57,494 bases of DNA from a virus. The notes beneath the pieces are model-generated. The model made no database searches. It had not been told where the DNA came from and saw only the letters and a program-made list of their open reading frames with translations. A program made the translations under genes and the position numbers. The stretch lies in IMG/VR virus record IMGVR_UViG_3300006198_000004; one strand, written 5' to 3'. Below are positions 1 to 8,110 of this stretch, piece after piece; the stretch's first letter is position 1; every line of letters begins with the position of its first letter.

Positions 1-77
1 AACCTATTGCCCTTGCAAGATTGGCGGTGTACCAAAGCACATCGCCCAATTCGTAGGCTATTCGGTCCCGTGTGTCC
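1..77. repeat. Terminal overlap, copy 1 (identical to 57418-57494)
   Basis: An exact 77-nt match was read by eye at both ends of the window. It is consistent with an assembly overlap on a circular molecule. Confidence 0.9.
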
Positions 78-238
78 TTGTCGGAGAAATCTCCATTGTG
101 GTCGCGGATTATCTTTTTCACCTTGTCGGCTACCTCGCCGGCTTCACCGCATAAAGCGAGTGCGAGATATTCAACCTTGTTGTCGTTGGGGTAGATAGCC
201 GTAGAGAGTGCCTCCGCTTGGTATTCGTTTAGTTCCAT
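1..238 (-). CDS. MazG-like nucleotide pyrophosphohydrolase, N-terminal part (gene wraps the circular junction and continues at 57417 down to 57326)
   Basis: My translation of the minus strand from the ATG at 238 gives MELNEYQAEALSTAIYPNDNKVEYLALALCGEAGEVADKVKKIIRDHNGDFSDKDTRDRIAYELGDVLWYTANLARAIG. The EAGE...K and ELGDVLWY motifs are typical of the MazG family. Confidence 0.75.
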   Translation of the reverse strand, partial: MELNEYQAEALSTAIYPNDNKVEYLALALCGEAGEVADKVKKIIRDHNGDFSDKDTRDRIAYELGDVLWYTANLARAIG

Positions 239-244
239 TCGATA

Positions 245-1066
245 TTAGTTTTTGCTTGTGATTGTCTTTTTATATTCTCTCATGGCTGCGTGGAGTGTGC
301 CGTGCTTGTCGAGCAACTTTATCAGAGTGTCAACCTCAATGGTCGGCTCACCGTCCAGATACGCGGCAATGTTTCGTAGAGCGTCAGCGATAGCTTTACC
401 TTGCTTTGCATCCTTGAGGGAGCGTTGCACCTCTTTGTTGGTTGCGGTTGAGCGTCCGGCGGCCTTTGCAGTCCTCACGGCCGTTCTTGCGGCTCTAACT
501 TGGTCGTGGGGGTCGGTGTAGCTGCTTGCAAGCTCACGAGCCGCCTTTGCCGACAGCTCCCCACTTGCTATTTTGTCTTGTAGGTATTGAGGCAGGTCGA
601 GCAATGCCAGACACTTGCTAATGAAAGCCGGGGATTTTTTGAAAGTTTCGGCTATTTGCACTTGCGAATAGCCAAATTCCTCTTTGAAACGGCGAAACAT
701 TATAGCACATTCCAGCTCGGTAAACCGCTTACCCTCGTTCCCCATCATCTGCTCAATGTAGAGGTCTTTCACGCTTGCGTCTTTTGGAGCTTTGAGAGCC
801 GGAACATAAGGTATGTCGGCACCCTCGGAGATAGCAAGCATGGTCGCACGATAGCGGCGTTCTCCGTCAACCAGTTTATAGCGTTCCACCCCGTTTTCAT
901 CCTTGTAGGCGATAACGGTTATAGGGTTAAGTACCCCCTTTCCCTTGATTTGCTCTTTGAGTTCGTCTAAGTCGAAATCTCGGCGCACGTTAAATCCGTC
1001 CACAACCACGATGTTGCGCGGGTCCACAAGAAATATATCCTTGCGTTTGGTAGAGTTAGTTTCCAT
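245..1066 (-). CDS. ParB-like nuclease/DNA-binding protein
   Basis: ParB N-terminal motifs are present (NPITV...LVDGERRYRA). The track ORF extends to a GTG at 1117, but the ATG at 1066 (METNSTKRK) avoids overlap with the upstream gene. Confidence 0.75.
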   Translation of the reverse strand: METNSTKRKDIFLVDPRNIVVVDGFNVRRDFDLDELKEQIKGKGVLNPITVIAYKDENGVERYKLVDGERRYRATMLAISEGADIPYVPALKAPKDASVKDLYIEQMMGNEGKRFTELECAIMFRRFKEEFGYSQVQIAETFKKSPAFISKCLALLDLPQYLQDKIASGELSAKAARELASSYTDPHDQVRAARTAVRTAKAAGRSTATNKEVQRSLKDAKQGKAIADALRNIAAYLDGEPTIEVDTLIKLLDKHGTLHAAMREYKKTITSKN

Positions 1067-1085
1067 TGTAGTAACTTGTTGTACG

Positions 1086-1817
1086 TTAGAATAAACTTTT
1101 TTGAGCGACAGCCCCACGGAGGCGTTTCATGGCCGGCTCAAAATACTTTTCCAGTATCTCGCATCCGATAAACTTACGCTTTTCGTTGTGGCAGGCTATG
1201 GCGGTCGAGAAAGAGCCTGCGTATGCGTCAAAGACTACATCACCCTCGCTTGTATGGAGCAATAATAGGCGTTGCAACAGGCTTACGGGCTTTTCGGTTT
1301 CATGTATGCGTTGCGCTGCTTGAGGCGGCTGGTTGCGAAAGGTTTTCAGTTGCATATCATATCCGAGAGAGTTGTATGTAACGCCTTTCTCACGCACATA
1401 CACGATAAATTCCAGATTGTTGATATAGCAACCATTACCGAGTGGAATAGGGTTAGGCTTATCCCATACCAAAAGAGTTGCTACATAACCGCGCTGCTCC
1501 CACCATGTCATTATGCGCCCTATCTGCTTGTTTGAGCAAAACACGCAGATATTCACGCGCTTGCAAATACGCTCAAACTCGCTGAAAATCTTGTCGTAGT
1601 CAATGCCTTGCGACACGAAATATAGAGAGCTGTTTTTGCGCGACTGTATTTGCTTACGGGTGCAGAAATCACCATGCGCACCGCCCCCGTTAAGGTCTAA
1701 GTCGTAGGGAATATCCGACAATATGAAATCCACACTATTATCCGGCAGATTACCCATAACCTTTTCACAGTCGGCGTTGAAACACTTGCAATCGCCCAAT
1801 ATCACGCAGCTATCCAT
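1086..1817 (-). CDS. DNA methyltransferase, N6-adenine/N4-cytosine class (beta-type)
   Basis: It has a SDIPY (DPPY-like) catalytic motif followed by HETEKPVSLLQRLL and an FDAYAGSFST AdoMet-binding motif. The start was moved to the ATG at 1817 (MDSCVILGDC), directly after the upstream stop at 1820. Confidence 0.85.
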   Translation of the reverse strand: MDSCVILGDCKCFNADCEKVMGNLPDNSVDFILSDIPYDLDLNGGGAHGDFCTRKQIQSRKNSSLYFVSQGIDYDKIFSEFERICKRVNICVFCSNKQIGRIMTWWEQRGYVATLLVWDKPNPIPLGNGCYINNLEFIVYVREKGVTYNSLGYDMQLKTFRNQPPQAAQRIHETEKPVSLLQRLLLLHTSEGDVVFDAYAGSFSTAIACHNEKRKFIGCEILEKYFEPAMKRLRGAVAQKSLF

Positions 1818-1819
1818 GC

Positions 1820-2278
1820 TCAATATCGAAAATCGGTGAAATGAATAATTTTGCCCTTGAACACATTGCCGGTGTGAACACTCCCGAAAAACCACTCTAT
1901 AAAGTCGGGTAGTTCGAGGCCGTCATTCTTGGCGAGAGTTTCAATAGGTACTGGCTTGCCGTCAACCCACGCTTGGGGCTTTTCATCATCCACTCCGTAG
2001 GTAATGGTGATGTCTTGCAGTCCTACCGACACAAACTGCTTTATATCGGCCTGCTCGGAGTTGTAGGGTCGGCCCGTCCATTCTCTCACGCATAAGATTT
2101 TGTTTCCGGCGTTGATGTCGGCCACTTTTTGCGCCCATTGTCCTTTTTCATCGGCGCGTATGGTGTGTATCTTACGACCCGCAAAGAGCTTGACCGCAAA
2201 GAGGGTATTTATGCCCTTTTTGGAGTGTGTGGCTGGGAATACCCGGCACAATGTAAGGATTACTTTCTTGCGTTCCAT
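1820..2278 (-). CDS. Small conserved protein, possibly ASCH/PUA-like
   Basis: The ORF lies between the two methyltransferase genes. The start was taken at MERKKVIL (2278), abutting the upstream stop at 2281. The fold assignment rests only on weak similarity judged by eye. Confidence 0.35.
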   Translation of the reverse strand: MERKKVILTLCRVFPATHSKKGINTLFAVKLFAGRKIHTIRADEKGQWAQKVADINAGNKILCVREWTGRPYNSEQADIKQFVSVGLQDITITYGVDDEKPQAWVDGKPVPIETLAKNDGLELPDFIEWFFGSVHTGNVFKGKIIHFTDFRY

Positions 2279-2280
2279 TT

Positions 2281-3354
2281 TTACTTGGTTAATTTGGTTA
2301 GCCATTGTTCGTAAACTTGTGTGGCTATCTGGGCTATCATTATTGGCGGTACGCTCATTCCGCAGATATATTCGGGCTTTTGAGTGCCAAAATCGTAGTC
2401 TTGTGGGAAAGATGATACTTTGCATATATCCGACACTGAGAGCCATTGTTTGCCCCAATCCGGCATAGGAGAGGCTTTTGTCCTATATCCGGCAATCAAC
2501 GTGGGGTGTATGTCGGTTTTCTGAACGAGGGCGCATTGGAGATACTTTTTCGGCAATCCTCTCTTGAGTCGGTCGTATTCCTCGGAATAGCACGGGGTAG
2601 TTATCGGGTCCCCTAACGTAAGGCCGGCCTCCTCGCATGATATACCCGGCTCGTTGAAATCAAGTATCAGACGAGGCAATACATCGAAAAGGTTGTAGGT
2701 CTGCGGCACATAGTCGATAAGGTCTTTTCGCAGACACACGAAAAAGACACGCTCACGCCTTTGTGGTACGCCCATATTCTGCGCGTCTAAAAGCCAGTGT
2801 TGGCAATAATAGCCAGCCGCATCAAATTCGGCGTAGATACGTTGCACATACTTTTTCGCATCGCCTTGCAACAAGCCTTTGACGTTCTCGGCGATTACCA
2901 CTTTCGGCTGGAGCTTACGCGCAACCTCGATGAAATCGAAAAAGAGTGTATCAAGCACTTGCGTAGCCTGCCCCTCACGAAACTTTTTCTCAACGCCCCA
3001 TGCTTTCTCACGACTACCAGCTATCGAGAAAGCGGAGCATGGCGGGGACCCGTCCAGAATATCGAGATTGTAGAGAGCTTCGGGAAATGCAGTCCTTTCC
3101 TTGAACGTCTGAATTGGCTCCAGAAACTTATAGCGCGGGTGATGGTTGCTCTCGTATAGGTTCATTACCCGAATATCTATCTCATTACAGCCTATCACGT
3201 CAAAGCCCGCCAGTTTATAGCCCATAGTCGAGCCGCCACCACAAGCAAAGCAAGAGAAAACCTTGCCTTTGTCTTTGGTGAAAATCGCGTCTTTGAGCGT
3301 CCAGTTGTAATTAAATCTATGCTCCATTTTCTTATAAAGCTGTTTGGTGAACAC
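2281..3354 (-). CDS. DNA (cytosine-5) methyltransferase
   Basis: The C5-methyltransferase motifs are present: FSCFACGGGS (I), GSPPCSAFS (IV, with the catalytic Cys), ENVKGLL (VI), QRRERVFFV (VIII) and GMSVPP (X). Confidence 0.9.
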   Translation of the reverse strand: MFTKQLYKKMEHRFNYNWTLKDAIFTKDKGKVFSCFACGGGSTMGYKLAGFDVIGCNEIDIRVMNLYESNHHPRYKFLEPIQTFKERTAFPEALYNLDILDGSPPCSAFSIAGSREKAWGVEKKFREGQATQVLDTLFFDFIEVARKLQPKVVIAENVKGLLQGDAKKYVQRIYAEFDAAGYYCQHWLLDAQNMGVPQRRERVFFVCLRKDLIDYVPQTYNLFDVLPRLILDFNEPGISCEEAGLTLGDPITTPCYSEEYDRLKRGLPKKYLQCALVQKTDIHPTLIAGYRTKASPMPDWGKQWLSVSDICKVSSFPQDYDFGTQKPEYICGMSVPPIMIAQIATQVYEQWLTKLTK

Positions 3355-3373
3355 ACTTATAGGGCGAAAAGAA

Positions 3374-4198
3374 TTAACGCCGGCGGCTACCCCCGTGCAG
3401 TTCTATCACGTTGAAAGATTTGAAACGGTCAACAAGTCTGCCCTCAAAGCGTTGTTTAAGCTCCTTGACAGTAAGGTTGCTTGTGATATGATAGCGTTTG
3501 CCGTGCTGCTGGTATATCTCATAACGGGCAAAGAGAAATTCATCCGTTATCTGGGTAAGCAACGTGCCGAAACTCTTTTGATTCTCGGTTGCAAGTCCTA
3601 AGTCATTAAGGCAAATGTTATACGGGTCCACACCGTCATAAGCCTCTTGGCGGCTTGCTCCTTGCAGTTCGTTGTAGGTGTACTTGTCAATATGCCCGAA
3701 AACCTTGTGGTAGTTCATAAGCTGGGTCATACTGATATTGCGAAACTGATTCACGTTGCTTGTCGCTTGGAGATAGTCGGCGAATACTTGCATAAGCAAT
3801 GTTTTACCCGTTCCGGGTTCACCTATCAAGAGTATGTTTTTGTGTATCTTGTAGTTCTCATTTGGAAACACAAGCTCGGCGAGGGGGCAGTCGTTGAAAT
3901 AGTATAACAAGAAACGCAAAACATCCTTGTTATGCTCATCAACCATGAAACGTGAAAACTCACGCAGCATATAGTTGTTACCCATGCCTATAACCATATT
4001 GGCGTGTACTTGGTATTCCTGCTCGTCTGTAAGGTCATACTTAAAACCTTTCAGCATAGCCTTCCTCCGGCGCATCACCAGATTGCGGGCCTGTTCCTGC
4101 TGGAGCTTGTAACGCTCCTGTTGCATATCCCGGAGTAGCTGGAGTGCCTCCTGCTGATTCTGGGGTAGTCGGAGATTTTGTTGGTTTACAAATTCCAT
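3374..4198 (-). CDS. DnaC/IstB-like AAA+ ATPase (putative helicase loader)
   Basis: It has a Walker A motif (GEPGTGKT) and follows the replication-initiator-like gene. The start is uncertain, with in-frame ATGs at 4126, 4075 and 4060. Confidence 0.65.
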   Translation of the reverse strand: MEFVNQQNLRLPQNQQEALQLLRDMQQERYKLQQEQARNLVMRRRKAMLKGFKYDLTDEQEYQVHANMVIGMGNNYMLREFSRFMVDEHNKDVLRFLLYYFNDCPLAELVFPNENYKIHKNILLIGEPGTGKTLLMQVFADYLQATSNVNQFRNISMTQLMNYHKVFGHIDKYTYNELQGASRQEAYDGVDPYNICLNDLGLATENQKSFGTLLTQITDEFLFARYEIYQQHGKRYHITSNLTVKELKQRFEGRLVDRFKSFNVIELHGGSRRR

Positions 4199-4925
4199 AT
4201 CTTTGTTGTTTTTCGTAGTAGCTATCCGCTACCCACGATAGGATTGTTCTGTAATGGCTTTTATATCGTTTACCTTTTGAGCCTATGTAGTTATCAAGAA
4301 TTTCTATCATGCCCTTTGCGGCCTCTTCTCCGTATTTCTCGCAGAGTTTGGCGTATTCGTCACGGGTCATTGATACAAATTCCCCATACTTGTATTTCTT
4401 AGCTTTCTCGGCCTTTGCCTTTTGTTCCGGGGTCATTTCTGGAGCTTGGGGCAATTCCTCATCATCGAATAATTGAGGTTGTGGCGGCTCTTGCTTGTTT
4501 TCGGGGGGAGGCTCAACGATTACGGGCGCAGGCGTTTCGGGTAATTCCGCTTGTTGCTCAATTACCTTGCGCATGGTTATCTCGCCACCCTTGCGGCCGG
4601 CGGTGCGCCTTATTGCGCTTATGCGCTCTTTTCTCACCATTTCGGGGGAGTAGTAAGCTCCTTTGTCATCAACCGCCAATAGACCGTTCTCAACAAGAAT
4701 TTCAAGTGCTATCGGGTCAATATCCAGAGTTCTTAATATCTGCCCTTTGGTGTAGAGTTTTCCGTTGGGATATGCCATAATCCCCCTTGTGGGGCTTTCC
4801 CACAGATAGCAAAGCATAGTTAGCCACATCCCCCTTATTTCGTAAGAGAGATTATTGATACGGGGGCTGTCTAACCATTCCCCCGTATCAATAGGCATTA
4901 GGGATTTGCTCCGCTTGTTTGCCAT
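4041..4925 (-). CDS. Replication initiator / DnaD-like replisome organiser
   Basis: The C-terminal YGEFVSMTRDEYAKLCEKYGEEAAKGMIEILDNYIGSKGKRYKSHYRTILSWV segment resembles DnaD or phage replisome-organiser domains. It lies upstream of the DnaC-like ATPase. Confidence 0.55.
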   Translation of the reverse strand: MANKRSKSLMPIDTGEWLDSPRINNLSYEIRGMWLTMLCYLWESPTRGIMAYPNGKLYTKGQILRTLDIDPIALEILVENGLLAVDDKGAYYSPEMVRKERISAIRRTAGRKGGEITMRKVIEQQAELPETPAPVIVEPPPENKQEPPQPQLFDDEELPQAPEMTPEQKAKAEKAKKYKYGEFVSMTRDEYAKLCEKYGEEAAKGMIEILDNYIGSKGKRYKSHYRTILSWVADSYYEKQQRYGICKPTKSPTTPESAGGTPATPGYATGALQAPAGTGPQSGDAPEEGYAERF

Positions 4926-4941
4926 AGGGGATTTGCAGTCT

Positions 4942-5691
4942 TTACGCCTCCAGAATGGCGATGTCGGGGGCTATCCCGCGGATTTCGTTCAGCACTCGGT
5001 CAATGGCCGTGTCGCGCCACTCATCGGAAATTTCCTTTGCGCCGGGCGATACGAGCTGTAAGAACACCTCGCCGTCCGTAAGGTAGTGGTCAAATTCCAC
5101 ATCGAAAGTGGTCTTTTCCGGCCCCTTGAAAATAGGGATTTTCACGGTGAACGACTTGGGCAGGTTGCTTTCTACCGTCTGGCGATAGACCTCGGCGCGA
5201 GAGCCGGACGGGTCATGCTGCTTTTCGATTTGAGATTGGGCGTTGGCTTTGAAATTCTTGAGGGCCGATACGAGTTTCATGCACTGCTCTTTGTCCTCAA
5301 AGGTAGCACGATTGAGGCGTATGAATTGCCCCAGTTTGGCGGGTACCCAGCCGGCGTTGGGGTCGTTGATACCGAATTTCTTGAACACCTCGGAGAGTTC
5401 GGCGGTGCCGGAGATTGTGGCTTTGTTGTAGGGGTCGCTTTCGTTGACAATAAGCGTGATTGTGTACTTTTCACGCTCCACCAGAATTTTTGCCTTTTTC
5501 TGCTCGATTGTGTCAACTCGCTTCCTCAGCCAGTCCAGCGGTGTTGAGAGAACACCTGCCACGTCCGTACTTACGGGGGCTTTCTCATCCAGCACTTTGC
5601 CAGCTACGCCCTCGCGGTAAACTATCACGATAGGCTTTTCACCCGTGTAGTTTTCGATTGTGAGATTGATTTTGTTGTTATTCTCATCCAT
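4942..5691 (-). CDS. Hypothetical early protein
   Basis: It is a long ORF in the operon context. I recognise no secure motif. Confidence 0.5.
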   Translation of the reverse strand: MDENNNKINLTIENYTGEKPIVIVYREGVAGKVLDEKAPVSTDVAGVLSTPLDWLRKRVDTIEQKKAKILVEREKYTITLIVNESDPYNKATISGTAELSEVFKKFGINDPNAGWVPAKLGQFIRLNRATFEDKEQCMKLVSALKNFKANAQSQIEKQHDPSGSRAEVYRQTVESNLPKSFTVKIPIFKGPEKTTFDVEFDHYLTDGEVFLQLVSPGAKEISDEWRDTAIDRVLNEIRGIAPDIAILEA

Positions 5692-5718
5692 TGTTGTAAG
5701 GATTAAGTTGGTGAATTG

Positions 5719-6153
5719 TTAATCATCCGTGCCGGTGCGCAAAAAACGCGCAGCCTGAATGATGTTGCGTTGTCTTTCTTCGGGTGTCATGGCACGTTCC
5801 TCTATCTTGTAGCCGTCAGCGGAGTAGTAGGCTGTTCTACCCGCCTCAACGTCAACAAATTTGAAAGTGTCGGCCGTTACCCACTCGCCACGGGCTTTCA
5901 GCTCATCAAGAATTTTGCCCCGACGTTCAAGCAAAGGCTTGATACGGCCTTTGATGTCGGCACGCACTTGTGCAAGCTCATCTTCAAGCTCCGCCACTTG
6001 GATTGACACGGATTCAAGCTCGGCGCGGCGGTCGTTAACCTCGTCTTGGTTGAAAGAGCGCGTAAAACTACGCGGCTCTATCTGGTCGCAGTTGTCGCGC
6101 AGCATTTGCTCACGAGCTTCAACCGGGTCATTGGGAAACATTACATCTTGCAT
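5719..6153 (-). CDS. Hypothetical coiled-coil early protein
   Basis: The ORF sits in the operon and has a charged heptad-like segment (ELESVSIQVAELEDELAQVRADIK). Confidence 0.5.
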   Translation of the reverse strand: MQDVMFPNDPVEAREQMLRDNCDQIEPRSFTRSFNQDEVNDRRAELESVSIQVAELEDELAQVRADIKGRIKPLLERRGKILDELKARGEWVTADTFKFVDVEAGRTAYYSADGYKIEERAMTPEERQRNIIQAARFLRTGTDD

Positions 6154-6183
6154 ATCTCTTATGTTTTTGAGGTGAATTGCAGT

Positions 6184-6798
6184 TTATTCAAGGTGGCCGC
6201 CCACGGTGAAATTGTAGGCATAGGCTTCAGCCCACAATTCCACGAATTGCTTGCCAAAGTATTCTGCCTTTTCCTCGGTGTCAAGGCACAAGCGGAACGC
6301 CCCATACGCATACGCCCACGAGCTACGACGGCGCGCAAGCAGAGAACCGAAACCCGCAAGCGCGCCAGCGCACGCATGGGCAGACAGGAGGGCACCCCGT
6401 TCATCATCGCTCATGTTGGAGATTTCGCCGGGGGTCCAGAGTGCCATTACCGGGTACCACCACACTTTGCTACCGTCAGCCGTGGGCTGGCATTTGTTCT
6501 CGCCGCCCCATAGAGCTTTGCAAATATGCTCCAGCTTCATTTGGGCGATAATATGGTTAGGTACTCCGGCGGCTACGAGCTTTTCAACGTCCAGACTTTC
6601 GCCAAGAGCAACGCAAGCGTCCTCGTAGGAGCGAATTGTGGTATAGTCTGAAAGACTTGGTGCTGGTCGGGAGGGTGTTGCAGTTGTTTCGTTATCCCCT
6701 ACGAGAACAGCGAGAATTTTGCGCGTGTTGTCATCGGCCATTGCATAAGCCGCCTCATAGTTCGCGCTTGTGATTTTGAGTTCTTTGTTTTCGCTCAT
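6184..6798 (-). CDS. DGR target protein 2 (small C-type-lectin-fold-like variable protein, no signal peptide)
   Basis: Residues GALLSAHACAGALAGFGSLLARRRSSWAYAYGAFRLC align with the TR-encoded GAILSANANNGANAGFGYLNANNRSSWTNANGAFRFY. The DNA differs from the TR only at TR adenines. Confidence 0.85.
   Translation of the reverse strand: MSENKELKITSANYEAAYAMADDNTRKILAVLVGDNETTATPSRPAPSLSDYTTIRSYEDACVALGESLDVEKLVAAGVPNHIIAQMKLEHICKALWGGENKCQPTADGSKVWWYPVMALWTPGEISNMSDDERGALLSAHACAGALAGFGSLLARRRSSWAYAYGAFRLCLDTEEKAEYFGKQFVELWAEAYAYNFTVGGHLE
6285..6398 (-). other. DGR variable region VR2 (remote)
   Basis: My hand alignment to TR 19998-20111 shows about 18 substitutions. All fall at plus-strand T positions of the TR, which are A on the coding strand. 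Confidence 0.85.
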
Positions 6799-6936
6799 CG
6801 TCTAATTGTTTGAGTTTATTGATGTTAATTTTTAGTCATTCGTATTGCATTTGCCACTCTAAGGCTCTTTGTCGGATTAGGTGGCAAGAGGTCTAATATC
6901 ATCGGAATATGTCTTACCAATTCCGATATTACGTTG

Positions 6937-7389
6937 TCAGCTACCGGTATCATTTGTGCGCCAATATTTATCCGGGTCTGGTATTTCGATACCGAGAAAT
7001 TCACGTCCGTACTCCCGCAGCTTTTCGCAATAAGTTGAGAATTGCACGGTGTCCATTGTGGCGGTCGAGCTTGGAAATTCCACTATTTCGCCCGTGTGTC
7101 GATTAACAACACTCTCTTTGGCGATAATGGATTTGAAAAACTCATGCACCTGCTCCACCGTGGTAAACTCCCAGCCGGCCTCTAAAAGACCGTCTAAAAG
7201 CATGGGATAGATGCAACCCCAGAGCCAACCGTTTTGGTCGTTGGTGCGCGGCTTGCGGATTTTCTTAACCTCAATATGGTAAAGTCCATCGCATACCTGC
7301 GCAAACCACTCGTATAGGGGTCGGAGATTGAAACGCCCGCTTATCTTTTCTACCATAACCTTTGCCATATCAATACTTGGAAATGTCAA
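6937..7389 (-). CDS. NinB/Orf-like recombination mediator (tentative)
   Basis: The PRTNDQNGWLWGCIYP motif resembles the RSxxQNxxLW signature, and the gene sits in the recombination module. Confidence 0.4.
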   Translation of the reverse strand: MTFPSIDMAKVMVEKISGRFNLRPLYEWFAQVCDGLYHIEVKKIRKPRTNDQNGWLWGCIYPMLLDGLLEAGWEFTTVEQVHEFFKSIIAKESVVNRHTGEIVEFPSSTATMDTVQFSTYCEKLREYGREFLGIEIPDPDKYWRTNDTGS

Positions 7390-8098
7390 GAGTTAAGCCC
7401 GGATTTGCGGCATACACAACCTTACCTGTCAATCGTTCTATCTCGCTTATGAAATGCTCTCGGTCGCTATTCTGCGCGGATAGGTGCAAAAGCACGATAT
7501 TCTGAACGAGCGATAGGTCATGCTCACTAATTACGCGCTTGCAAGTGTCAAGCTCCATGTGCGAGTTAGGCAGTCGCTCAATCTGACTTTTGAGCGTGTA
7601 GCCCTTATTCACGGCCTCAAGCAACTTGTAGTTGGAATAGTTGCACTCAATCAGCAAGTGGCTTAAATTCGGGAATATTTGCAAGCAATCGCAACTATCG
7701 GTAAGGAACATCAAGCGGCCACATTCGGGGTGCATGATATGATAGCCCACACAAGGCACATCGTGAAATGCGGGGAAAGGCAACACCTTAAACCGCCCCA
7801 GCTTGTAGCCTTTGCCCGGTCGTATGGCTATTGCACGAGAGCCGGCCACCTGCTTTGCAGTCCATACCTCCGGCAATGCCAGTGTTGTAATTCCACTATC
7901 AACCATGTTACGAATATATTTGGCGTGGTCGTTGTGCTGGTGAGTGATTAGGCAGCCCGCCACCTTGCGGAGATTGAATCCCAAAGCCTTTTTGACTTTC
8001 GGAAAAGCAATACCGGCCTCAAGTATCAAAGCCTCTTTGCCATTGTCGAGAATATAGCAATTACCGGCTGACGAGCTACCTAACACTTTCAGTTCCAT
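7370..8098 (-). CDS. Metallo-beta-lactamase-fold hydrolase/nuclease
   Basis: It has the HxHxDH motif (ITHQHNDHAKY) and lies next to RecT. Confidence 0.8.
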   Translation of the reverse strand: MELKVLGSSSAGNCYILDNGKEALILEAGIAFPKVKKALGFNLRKVAGCLITHQHNDHAKYIRNMVDSGITTLALPEVWTAKQVAGSRAIAIRPGKGYKLGRFKVLPFPAFHDVPCVGYHIMHPECGRLMFLTDSCDCLQIFPNLSHLLIECNYSNYKLLEAVNKGYTLKSQIERLPNSHMELDTCKRVISEHDLSLVQNIVLLHLSAQNSDREHFISEIERLTGKVVYAANPGLTLDISKY

Positions 8099-8110
8099 TT
8101 GTCGAGCGTG

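Noticed and set aside
1-77. The terminal 77-bp repeat as a transposon or prophage att duplication
   Set aside because: A gene reads continuously across the junction and no host-like flanking sequence is present. An assembly overlap on a circular genome is the simpler explanation.
6046-6513. Plus-strand ORFs containing ERPIRIRPRAT-like peptides (also 19837-20145 and 20081-20482)
   Set aside because: They are antisense translations of VR2, the TR and VR1. Their similarity to each other simply reflects the DGR repeats, although they were useful as a pointer to the repeats.
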